A stretch of DNA of 64,000 nucleotides from Thermodesulfobacteriota bacterium (GTDB lineage: Bacteria > Desulfobacterota > Binatia > Bin18). Shown here in pieces: positions 56,191-64,000 of the stretch. Every line of letters starts with the position of its first letter. Within the stretch, counting starts at the first letter, position 1. Where the stretch lies: NCBI GenBank assembly GCA_964291405.2, contig OZ219926.1, forward strand, positions 4,096,001 to 4,160,000, given 5' to 3'. The position numbers and the translations under genes were made by a program. The notes below the pieces were generated by a model, which did no database searches, was not told the origin of the DNA, and was given only the letters and a program-made list of their open reading frames with translations.

Positions 56191-57840
56191 ATGAACGCTA
56201 TATGGGGGAGACGTGGTCGACTAAGCGGATACCTCTTGAGCCTCTTCTTGGGCTTCACGCTCTGTTTTGCAGGACAACCCGCGTGGAGCCAGGAGATGAC
56301 CGGGCCGGCTTTGCTGGAGACGCGTTGCTCGGGTTGTCATCCTCCTCATGAAGAAGGGGGCAAGCTTGACGCGATCGAACATCAGCGCAAGCCCCCCGAA
56401 GCCTGGGAGATGACTATCTATCGCATGTTGCGCACCCACGGAGCGAATCTGGAAGCGGGTGAGGCTCGCATCCTGATCAAATACCTGAGCGATCAGTATG
56501 GCCTGGCACCGGCGGAAGTCAAACCCTTTCGGTATGCCTTAGAGAAACGGAACAATACGATAGAAAAACATGTTCCCAAGGAAGTGAAGGGCACCTGTGT
56601 GGCCTGTCACTCCTATGCGCGGATCGCCCTGCAGCGCCGTACGCCCGAATCGTGGGGGCGTCTGCCGGACCTGACCGCGGCCTTGCTGCCGAATATCGAA
56701 AACCAGGTCGCCTCAACGGGGCTGCTGGGCGACTTCTGGTACACGCTGGTGCGGAAGGATACCGTCCCCTATCTGGCGCAGACCTATCCGTTTGACTCAG
56801 CCTCTTGGAGGCAGTGGCAGGCCAAGCCCAAACCGGACTACGCCGGGGTCTGGAATGTGGTCGGTCACGACCCTGGAAAGGGCGGGGCCTACACCGGCCG
56901 GATGACGCTGACCGCGTCGGGGAACGATAACTACGAGGGCCAGCTCGCGTATGACTTTGCCGATGGGTCGCGTATGACCGGGAAAAACACTGTGACGATG
57001 TATACCGGCTTCCAGTGGCGGGGTGTGGCCGAGGTCGAGGGCGGCAAGACCCACAAAGAAATCTTTTTTGCCAATGAGGACGGAACGGTCGTAAGCGGGA
57101 GGCGGTTGCTGACGCTTGTTGGCGATCTGGGCATGGAAGAGACCTTATACCGGAATACGGGCCAGGCAAAATTTTTGGCCGTCAGCCCGGCCGCGCTCAA
57201 AGTCGGCGAGCGCTCCACGCTCAGGCTGTTTGGCATGAACCTCCCCGAGTCCCTGACCGCGGCTTCGATCTCTCTGGGAACGGGTGTGACGGTTCAGTCT
57301 CTGCGGAGGGTTGATGCTGATACGGTCATGGCCGACGTGGTAGTGGGGAAAAAGGCAAAAGTAGGCGCTCGACAGGCTCGGATTCGGGGAGTTGATGGGG
57401 AACAGTCGCTGGCCGTCTACGATACGGTTGACTATATCCGTCTCTCTCCGGAACAGGCGTTTTCTCGGCCTGGTGGCATTCGCACCCCCAAAATTTTTCA
57501 GCAGTTTGAGGCGGTCGGATATACAAATGGTCCGGACGGACGAAAGGGAACTGACGACGATATGAAGCTGGGACGTGTCGGTCCGGTGACGTGGAAGCTG
57601 AACGAGTACGTGCGGCGCGTCAATGATGACGATGTGCGCTTTGTCGGTGCCATGGATGCCCACGGTCTTTTTACGCCGGCCGAGGACGGTCCAAATCCAA
57701 AACGGCACTTGCAGCAGGGCAATGTCGGCGATGTCTGGGTGGAGGCCTGGTATCGGCCAAATGGCGCCCGTCGGCCTATGGGAGCGCGCGCCCACCTGCT
57801 GGTCATGCCGGCAAAGTATAATTTTCAACCGATTGAATAG
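56191..57840 (+). CDS. qhpA: Quinohemoprotein amine dehydrogenase alpha subunit, copy 2
   Basis: CSGCH and CVACH, QRKPPEAWEMTIYRM; colinear with copy 1. Start could be 56176, 56185 or 56191. Confidence 0.92.
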   Translation: MNAIWGRRGRLSGYLLSLFLGFTLCFAGQPAWSQEMTGPALLETRCSGCHPPHEEGGKLDAIEHQRKPPEAWEMTIYRMLRTHGANLEAGEARILIKYLSDQYGLAPAEVKPFRYALEKRNNTIEKHVPKEVKGTCVACHSYARIALQRRTPESWGRLPDLTAALLPNIENQVASTGLLGDFWYTLVRKDTVPYLAQTYPFDSASWRQWQAKPKPDYAGVWNVVGHDPGKGGAYTGRMTLTASGNDNYEGQLAYDFADGSRMTGKNTVTMYTGFQWRGVAEVEGGKTHKEIFFANEDGTVVSGRRLLTLVGDLGMEETLYRNTGQAKFLAVSPAALKVGERSTLRLFGMNLPESLTAASISLGTGVTVQSLRRVDADTVMADVVVGKKAKVGARQARIRGVDGEQSLAVYDTVDYIRLSPEQAFSRPGGIRTPKIFQQFEAVGYTNGPDGRKGTDDDMKLGRVGPVTWKLNEYVRRVNDDDVRFVGAMDAHGLFTPAEDGPNPKRHLQQGNVGDVWVEAWYRPNGARRPMGARAHLLVMPAKYNFQPIE

Positions 57841-57930
57841 GGATTGAACAAACCCTGGCGTTAGAGCGAGCAGTATGCTACGAGGCTGGGAGGAGACGCG
57901 AGAGTTTCCGGTCAGCGCAAGGAGGGCGTG

Positions 57931-58263
57931 ATGAAACACCTCAAGGCCGCGAACCATAAAGCGCATAGAGTCGAGACCGCCCCCGCGGCCAAACGGCAGG
58001 TGCCGGAAGACGTTCTGGGCATGGCCCAGCCGATGGGCTGCACCACGATTTTTAACCCCGGCTGGGAGGCGAACCCCTGGGGCGGCACCGCGGGCATGTG
58101 CGCGCCAATGGAGGCTGACCTGCTCGGCTGTGCCAATGTGTGTTGGTGGCCGGCTCAGGTGCCCGACAGCCTGCAAAACTACCCGGAGTGGGCCAGTGCC
58201 TGTTCGGGTGTCAACGCCGAGGACTGGCGTAGCTTGGAGCTGGTCTTCCCCGAGAAGAAATAG
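57931..58263 (+). CDS. qhpC: QHNDH gamma subunit (CTQ precursor), copy 2
   Basis: MKHLKAAN leader (30 aa); same Cys/Asp/Glu/Trp pattern as copy 1; AAGGAGG SD. Confidence 0.95.
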   Translation: MKHLKAANHKAHRVETAPAAKRQVPEDVLGMAQPMGCTTIFNPGWEANPWGGTAGMCAPMEADLLGCANVCWWPAQVPDSLQNYPEWASACSGVNAEDWRSLELVFPEKK

Positions 58264-58315
58264 CCGCAGAGTACCGTCTCAAAATCCGTGCGGTGAATAA
58301 CGAGGGGTTTCCAGT

Positions 58316-59140
58316 ATGAACCCTGGGCAAAGACAGCGTCTGTGGAGCCGAGGCGTTTTCTTTGCGGGACTGTTCCTGCTCCTGCACGGGTTCCCTCCGC
58401 TCGTTGAGGCGGACTGGTATATCGCCTCGACAACCATCCCACCGAACTCCTCCGCTTCTGCTTGGCGTCCTCCTCAGGTTGTGACGCGTGTTGCCCGGAA
58501 CCGACTGACCTACGAGACCCGAGCCTGGACGCAAATTATCGACCTCAACACGCAGCAGCTCTCGATTATCAGCCATCTGGGACAGGTGTACTGGCAGGGA
58601 CCAATCGAGGCCTACGCCACGGTTATGGCAGCGCGCACCCAGGAACGGCGGGCGCAGGCGGAACGCTTGATGAACCAGCTCCCTCATGGGCCACAACAAT
58701 TCGTGACAAGACGAGCCGGTCCGTTTGATAGCCTGAGCCCCAGGCTGACGATTACGATCACCCCGATGTCGGAGACCGAGTCGGTCGCCGGGTATACGGC
58801 TCACAAATATCGTATCCAGCGGAACGGCATCGCGTATGAAGAAACCTGGTTGGCTGAGAAGATCAAGCTGGGGACGGATGTTGATATGTCCCGGCTGAAC
58901 GCGTTTATCGACAAGCTGCAAACTTCTCGAACGACGCCGCCAGGAGCTGTGCTCGCCGAATTAACCGAGCTGATCAATATAGGCTACCCAGTCAGGACCG
59001 TGAACCTGGTCACCCAGGTGGTCAAGGAAGTGGTCCAGGCCGAGCAGCGGCCGATTCGGGCTGAGGTATTTATGGTGCCGGATGGCTATACCAAAAAGGC
59101 GCTGGTCGAGATCATGTTTCCAACAAGGAGGCGTTTATGA
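58316..59140 (+). CDS. Exported DUF4412-like protein
   Basis: Signal peptide ending VEA; ETESVAGYTAHKY...EETWL, GYPVR, FMVPDGY; ATGA overlap with qhpB2. Confidence 0.6.
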   Translation: MNPGQRQRLWSRGVFFAGLFLLLHGFPPLVEADWYIASTTIPPNSSASAWRPPQVVTRVARNRLTYETRAWTQIIDLNTQQLSIISHLGQVYWQGPIEAYATVMAARTQERRAQAERLMNQLPHGPQQFVTRRAGPFDSLSPRLTITITPMSETESVAGYTAHKYRIQRNGIAYEETWLAEKIKLGTDVDMSRLNAFIDKLQTSRTTPPGAVLAELTELINIGYPVRTVNLVTQVVKEVVQAEQRPIRAEVFMVPDGYTKKALVEIMFPTRRRL

Positions 59141-60240
59141 AGGGCAAGAGTCTGTTATGGGCAGTGTCAACGCTGAGTGCGCTGGTCCTCGTTTGTAGTC
59201 TACCCGGCCTGGTGTGGGCCAAATGGTATATCCTGACCGGCGCCCATCCGAACTCCGTGTATGTGATTGATGCGGAAACCGATACGGTCGTGAAGACCAT
59301 CCCGCTTGAGGGAAAAGGGCCCATCTTTACCGTGGCGCCGAATCCAGCCCGACCCCAGTTCGCCTATGCGGTCACCAACCTCAGCCAAAGCGTGGCCCTG
59401 GTTGACCTGGACGAGGGAAAAGAGGTCCTGCGCTTTAATCTCTCCAACGACAACGAACTGGTCAGGACCATGGCCATTGATGTCAACCCGCAGGGCAATC
59501 GCCTCTACATCCATGAAATGCCGTTGAAGAAAGACCTGGGCAAATACGAGATACTGGAGACCCGCATCCGAGTCATCGATCTGGACACCAATACGGTCGC
59601 CAATGTGTTCCCCGCCCCCCGTCAGGTGATGGCGCTGGCGTCGTCCCAAGACGGGAAAAAGCTGTACGCCTTTAGCGTGGGCAGAGATATCTCGGTGCTG
59701 AATCCAGAGACGGGTCAGGTCGAGGACGTTATCCCCATGGCGGACTGGAACGTGACCGGCGCCGGCAAGCTGGAGGGACTGCCCTTGTGGAACCCCTATC
59801 AGGAAAACGACTACCTGGCCTCGTTTGCCGTGTATATGACGGACACGATTACCCAGCATGCCACCGTTGGAGTAGCCACCCTTGACCTCAAGCAGGCCAA
59901 TCCGGAGCTGCAAGTGGTTGAGCTTCAGCCCTATGAGGCCGAATGGTGGACGGCCCACGGGGCGGTATCGGCCAAAACCCAGAAGGCCTATCTCGGCTGG
60001 GACAAGCTGTGGAAGATGGATATCGCGACGCGCCAGATGGAAGAAGTGAGGCAGTTCGACACCAACAGTGTCTTCGGCTCTTTTCTCCATCCCGATGGGA
60101 CCAAAGTCTACTGCGGTGGAAACTGGAGTGCGTTGTCCGTGTTTGACGCCGACACGCTCAAGCCTCTCAAGAAGATTGATCTGGGGCACTCCCAAGCCGG
60201 TGCGGGTATCCGGTTTGTCAACCGCGAGAATGGGTTCTAA
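59137..60240 (+). CDS. qhpB: QHNDH beta subunit, copy 2
   Basis: Signal peptide, HPNSVYVID, PRQVMAL; clear paralog of 54307-55398. Confidence 0.85.
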   Translation: MKGKSLLWAVSTLSALVLVCSLPGLVWAKWYILTGAHPNSVYVIDAETDTVVKTIPLEGKGPIFTVAPNPARPQFAYAVTNLSQSVALVDLDEGKEVLRFNLSNDNELVRTMAIDVNPQGNRLYIHEMPLKKDLGKYEILETRIRVIDLDTNTVANVFPAPRQVMALASSQDGKKLYAFSVGRDISVLNPETGQVEDVIPMADWNVTGAGKLEGLPLWNPYQENDYLASFAVYMTDTITQHATVGVATLDLKQANPELQVVELQPYEAEWWTAHGAVSAKTQKAYLGWDKLWKMDIATRQMEEVRQFDTNSVFGSFLHPDGTKVYCGGNWSALSVFDADTLKPLKKIDLGHSQAGAGIRFVNRENGF

Positions 60241-60282
60241 CCGGAACACGCCGCAGCCCCCTGGGTAGCGCGGTAGACGGGA

Positions 60283-61449
60283 GTGCTGATGCAATACGAT
60301 CTACTCCTCAAAGGCGGTCAGGTCATTGACCCCGGCTGGCCGCAGTACCACACACTCCAGCCCGCAGATGTGGCGATTCGGAACGGCAAGATAGCGGCCG
60401 TCGCCGCCGACATCCCCGCAGACCAAGCGGCCCGCGTGCGCGAGGTGTCCGGTCATATTGTCTGTCCTGGGTTGATCGACATTCACGCCCACACCTTTGT
60501 GAACGCCCACGATATGGGCGCCGAAACCGATCGGCGCTGTGCCGCGAGTGGGGTGACCACGCTGATTGACGCCGGCAGCGCCGGTTCAGCCACCTTCCCC
60601 GGACTGCGGCAGTATGTGGCCAATACGAGCGAAGTCCGGCTGCGCTGTTTCATTCATCTGTCAGCCCTGGGTCTGATTCACCTTCGGGTCGGAGAGCTGA
60701 TGCATATGGACTATGCCGACCCTGAGGGCTGTGCGCGCACGATTGCGGACAACCGCGACCTTGCCATAGGCGTCAAGCTGCGCTTCAGCAATAACGTCGT
60801 GCCGGACGCCGCCGGGACCGAACCGCTGCGTCTCGCCCGCCAGGCGGCCGATATGGCAGGCGTGCCATTGATGGTGCATATTACCGACGCGCTGCTGCCG
60901 GTCCCGCGGATTTTAGAATTCCTCAAGCCGGGCGATGTGGTGACCCACTGCTTCCACGGGTTTGCATACGGCATCATGGGACCGGAAAAGAAAGCCATTC
61001 TCAAAGAAGTCTGGGCGGCCCAGAAAGAGGGGATTATTTTTGACTGCGCGCACGGGCGCATGCACTTTCCGTTTCCGTTTGTCCGGCAGGCCCTGGACGC
61101 GGGATTTTTGCCCGACACGATCGCGACCGACCTGACGCTCCCCAGCGCGACCAGAGGGCCGGTCTTTGATCTGCCGACGACCATGTCCAAGCTCCTCAAC
61201 CTGGGCATGAGTCTGGAAGACGTGATCCGCTGCGTTACCACCAATCCCGCCCGCGTGATCGGGGAGGCTGAGCAAATTGGAACGCTCAGGCCCGGTGCCA
61301 CTGCCGATGTCGCCGTGCTCAGCCTTGAACAGGGAGAATTCGACTTTGTCGATACCGACCAGAACCATATGACCGGCGAGAAAAAGCTAGTCGCCCAGCT
61401 AACGGTCAAAGATGGACGGGTGTGGTATCAGGCCGACCGAGCGAGATAA
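60283..61449 (+). CDS. Amidohydrolase/deacetylase family metallohydrolase (dihydroorotase-like)
   Basis: PGLIDIHAH, DAGSAG, GVKLR, MVH, THCFH, TIATD. Confidence 0.85.
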   Translation: MLMQYDLLLKGGQVIDPGWPQYHTLQPADVAIRNGKIAAVAADIPADQAARVREVSGHIVCPGLIDIHAHTFVNAHDMGAETDRRCAASGVTTLIDAGSAGSATFPGLRQYVANTSEVRLRCFIHLSALGLIHLRVGELMHMDYADPEGCARTIADNRDLAIGVKLRFSNNVVPDAAGTEPLRLARQAADMAGVPLMVHITDALLPVPRILEFLKPGDVVTHCFHGFAYGIMGPEKKAILKEVWAAQKEGIIFDCAHGRMHFPFPFVRQALDAGFLPDTIATDLTLPSATRGPVFDLPTTMSKLLNLGMSLEDVIRCVTTNPARVIGEAEQIGTLRPGATADVAVLSLEQGEFDFVDTDQNHMTGEKKLVAQLTVKDGRVWYQADRAR

Positions 61450-61658
61450 GGTGGTCTGGCGGGGGCCATCCAGGGTAAGCCTGCTGGCTGTCGTTATCGC
61501 TCTTCTGGCCATGCTGCACTGACTCCCCCTATCGTCCCTAATGAAGTTCGTTGACGGCCCCTCTCATACGCCTTTCGCTGGCACGACTGTGGCGGACATG
61601 GTAAGCAGACATCCACGCCAGCCCGTGTTTAAGCGGGCTGTACTGTAAGGAGGACCGC

Positions 61659-62120
61659 ATGGCCGGAAAGCATTTTGAAGAACTGAACGTTGGGGATGTC
61701 TTTCAGCATCAACCCGGACGCACGATTACCGAGACGGATAACCTGTTGTTCTCGACCATGACCCACAACCCCCAGCCGCTCCATCTGGATGAAGAGTTCT
61801 CCAAGAAAGCCGAGTTTGGCCAACGCCTGGTGAACAGTATCTACACCCTGGGGCTTGCGGTCGGCCTGTCTGTCGGCGATACCACCCTGGGAACGACGGT
61901 CGGTAATCTGGGCTTTGAAAAAGTCGTCTTCCCCAAGCCTGTTTTTATTGGGGATACCCTGTACGCCGAGTCCGAAGTTGTCGAGAAGCGAGAATCGCGT
62001 TCCCGTCCGCAGTGGGGGATCGTGACCTTCGAGCACCGGGCCAGGAACCAGCGGGGCGAGATTGTGATGAGCTGCCGCCGGGGTGCCATGATGCGCAAAA
62101 AAGAGGCCCAGATTTCATAG
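61659..62120 (+). CDS. MaoC family dehydratase
   Basis: [24 protein letters not shown]. Confidence 0.88.
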   Translation: MAGKHFEELNVGDVFQHQPGRTITETDNLLFSTMTHNPQPLHLDEEFSKKAEFGQRLVNSIYTLGLAVGLSVGDTTLGTTVGNLGFEKVVFPKPVFIGDTLYAESEVVEKRESRSRPQWGIVTFEHRARNQRGEIVMSCRRGAMMRKKEAQIS

Positions 62121-62136
62121 CGAGAGAGGGGAGAGT

Positions 62137-63039
62137 ATGACCCGCTTACGCCGTGCCGTCCATTTCGTGCCTGGGGCCAATGAAAAAATGCTCAATAAAT
62201 CGCTGGCGCTGGAAGCGGACACGCTCGTGCTGGACCTCGAAGACGCGGTCACCCCGGACAATAAGGACGCGGCTCGGGAGACGGTGACAGACTGGCTCAG
62301 GCATGTGGATTTTGGTCGTCAGGAACGCATGGTCCGCATGAACCCGCTGGATACTCCCTGGGGGGTGGCTGATCTGGAAGCGACGATGCAGGGGCGACCC
62401 GACTCCTACCTCGTCCCCAAGGTGCGAACCCGGGATGATGTGCTGAAGATTCATACGATTATCAGCCGCATGGAAAAGGCGTGCGGCTATCCGCCGGGTG
62501 AGGTCAAGCTGGTGGTATTAGCCACAGAGACGCCCGAGGGCTTACTGAATATCAAGGATTTTGGTTCCTGCCCGCGGGTCGATGCCCTGTCGTGGGGGGC
62601 CGAGGACTTGTCGGCCGCCATTGGCGCCAGGCGGAACCGGGCCGAGGACGGCAGCTTTCTCGAAGTGTTCCGTTATGCCCGGATTATGACCCTGCTGGCG
62701 GCAACGGCCGCAGGTGTCCAACCGCTGGATACGGTCTTCGTCGATATTCGAGATAGCGCAGGGCTCCGCCAGGAATGTATCGAAGGGGCGTGGATGGGCT
62801 TTACCGGAAAGATCACCATCCATCCCAACCAGGTAGACATCGTCAACGAGGTGTTCACCCCCTCGGCGGAAGAGGTCGCGGAAAGCCAGGAACTGTTGGC
62901 GGCTTTTGAAGAAAACCAAAAGGCCGGGAAAATGGCGTTCAGCTTCAAAGGCCAGATGGTCGATGTGCCGCATCTCACGCGGGCGCGGACCATTCTTGAA
63001 CGGGCCAGGCAGGCCGGGCTGGCAGAGGCCGGACGATGA
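62137..63039 (+). CDS. CitE/HpcH-family CoA ester lyase
   Basis: LDLEDAV, VRMN, ETPEG, WGAEDL, GKITIHPNQ, MVDVP. Confidence 0.88.
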   Translation: MTRLRRAVHFVPGANEKMLNKSLALEADTLVLDLEDAVTPDNKDAARETVTDWLRHVDFGRQERMVRMNPLDTPWGVADLEATMQGRPDSYLVPKVRTRDDVLKIHTIISRMEKACGYPPGEVKLVVLATETPEGLLNIKDFGSCPRVDALSWGAEDLSAAIGARRNRAEDGSFLEVFRYARIMTLLAATAAGVQPLDTVFVDIRDSAGLRQECIEGAWMGFTGKITIHPNQVDIVNEVFTPSAEEVAESQELLAAFEENQKAGKMAFSFKGQMVDVPHLTRARTILERARQAGLAEAGR

Positions 63040-64000
63040 TCGGCATTACCGGCTGCGGCTATCATGTGCCCTTCTGTCGCCTGGAGCGGGCGCACTTCGC
63101 TCAGGCCTGGAATCGCCGGGTCGGCAAGGGCGAGCGGGCCGCAATCTATTTCGACGAAGACGCCCTGACCCTCGGATTTGAGGCGGCCCAGCGCTGTTTG
63201 GAATACACCGGCAATAAAAAAGTCGATGCCCTTTTCTTTGCCTCAACCTCCGCCCCGTTCTGGCAGCGCTCGGCCGCCAGCTTTCTGGCTGCGGCCTGCG
63301 ATCTCTCGGCAGCGTGCGAAACCTCGGACTTCGGGGGTAGTTTACGCTCAGCCACCGCGGCTCTGCGCGCCGGTGTTGATGCGCTCAACAGCCGCCGCCT
63401 GTCCACGCTCTTGATATCAGTCGGCGAGGTGCGCGACGGCCAGCCGGGAGAAACCGAAGAAGAGTGGTTCGGTGACGCCGGCAGTGCGCTCACCCTTGGG
63501 CGGGAGAATGTGCTGGCCGAAATTATGGGTCTGGCGACCCACTCCAGCGACTTTTGGGATGAGTGGCGACGCGACGGAGATGAGTTTATCCGGACCCAGG
63601 CGTCCCGCTTTTCAACCGAGCGAGGCTACCAGAAAAACCTCGTCGCGGTCAGCAAAGCGCTGCTTGAAAAGCATGGCGTGCCAGCCCAGCAGGTGGCCAA
63701 GGTGATCCTCCCCTCCCCGGATGGTCGGGCCCATAGCGCGACCGCCCGGCATCTCGGCTTTCAGGACGCGCAGCTTCTCGACCCGTGCTTTGGGGAGATT
63801 GGCGCACCCGGTAGCGCCGCTCCTTTTCTCTTGCTGGCAGCCGCCTTGGAAGGGGCCAATCCGGGGGACCTGCTGCTGCTGCTCAACTATGGTGACGGTG
63901 CGGACGGCGTCCTGCTGCGTGTGACCGAGGCCATTCGAAAGCGTCCGCTTCCGTCCTCGCTCTCTGACCATCTCAGCGAGAAACGGCTGTATTCCTCCTA
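63036..64000 (+). CDS. HMG-CoA synthase/thiolase-fold protein (family usually fused to a DUF35 OB-fold), partial
   Basis: Frame from ATG 63036 appears open to the window end: MIGITGCGYHVP, DEDALTLGFEAA, FASTSAP, DFGGSLRS, GDAG, LNYGDG. Confidence 0.75.
   Translation, partial: MIGITGCGYHVPFCRLERAHFAQAWNRRVGKGERAAIYFDEDALTLGFEAAQRCLEYTGNKKVDALFFASTSAPFWQRSAASFLAAACDLSAACETSDFGGSLRSATAALRAGVDALNSRRLSTLLISVGEVRDGQPGETEEEWFGDAGSALTLGRENVLAEIMGLATHSSDFWDEWRRDGDEFIRTQASRFSTERGYQKNLVAVSKALLEKHGVPAQQVAKVILPSPDGRAHSATARHLGFQDAQLLDPCFGEIGAPGSAAPFLLLAAALEGANPGDLLLLLNYGDGADGVLLRVTEAIRKRPLPSSLSDHLSEKRLYSS

Noticed and set aside
58400-58450. Similarity of the DUF4412-like mature N-terminus (ADWYIASTTIPPN) to QhpB (AKWYLLASTHPNN)
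   Set aside because: Too short, and the rest of the protein is not propeller-like; probably coincidence.
50745-60240. qhp duplication as an assembly artefact
   Set aside because: The copies differ throughout at DNA and protein level and have different inserted genes.
61579-61593. Sigma54-like motif TGGCACG-N4-TGGC (a weaker one at 37252-37267)
   Set aside because: Mismatched -12 box, no enhancer-binding protein gene in the window, and such matches arise by chance in GC-rich DNA.
1-64000. CRISPR arrays, tRNA/rRNA genes, riboswitches
   Set aside because: No regularly spaced repeats or recognisable structural RNA found by eye; an Infernal/tRNAscan run is needed to exclude them.

Overview
GC-rich bacterial chromosomal window with about 55 CDS. 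The gene mix (several LLM flavin monooxygenases and amidohydrolases, DUF1302/DUF1329, PhyH, EthD, CoA enzymes) resembles Binatia- or Tectomicrobia-type catabolic genomes; that lineage is inferred, not shown. Main result: a quinohemoprotein amine dehydrogenase (QHNDH/qhp)-like locus at 46.5-60.2 kb. One maturation set (QhpG, F, E, D) accompanies two structural modules (qhpA1-D-C1-B1 and qhpA2-C2-x-B2). Both modules deviate from the characterised enzymes. The distal His ligand of the second heme is Lys in A1 and Thr in A2. Both gamma subunits have a fifth Cys placed for a possible extra thioether, plus Asp-to-Asn changes near the CTQ site. A Tat-signal nitroreductase and a DUF4412-like protein sit inside the cluster. 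Other highlights: a DsbA-like selenoprotein (UxxC with SECIS-like hairpin) split in the ORF track; a complete 2529-bp IS1-family element with 19-bp IRs and an 8-bp TSD carrying a Clp-fold protease; a trpE(G) attenuator with a WWW leader peptide and two coupled terminators; a PIN/AbrB TA pair; REP-like repeats; and a frameshifted GNAT. No rRNA, tRNA or CRISPR array was recognised. Family calls and reference residue numbers come from recalled motifs, not database searches.
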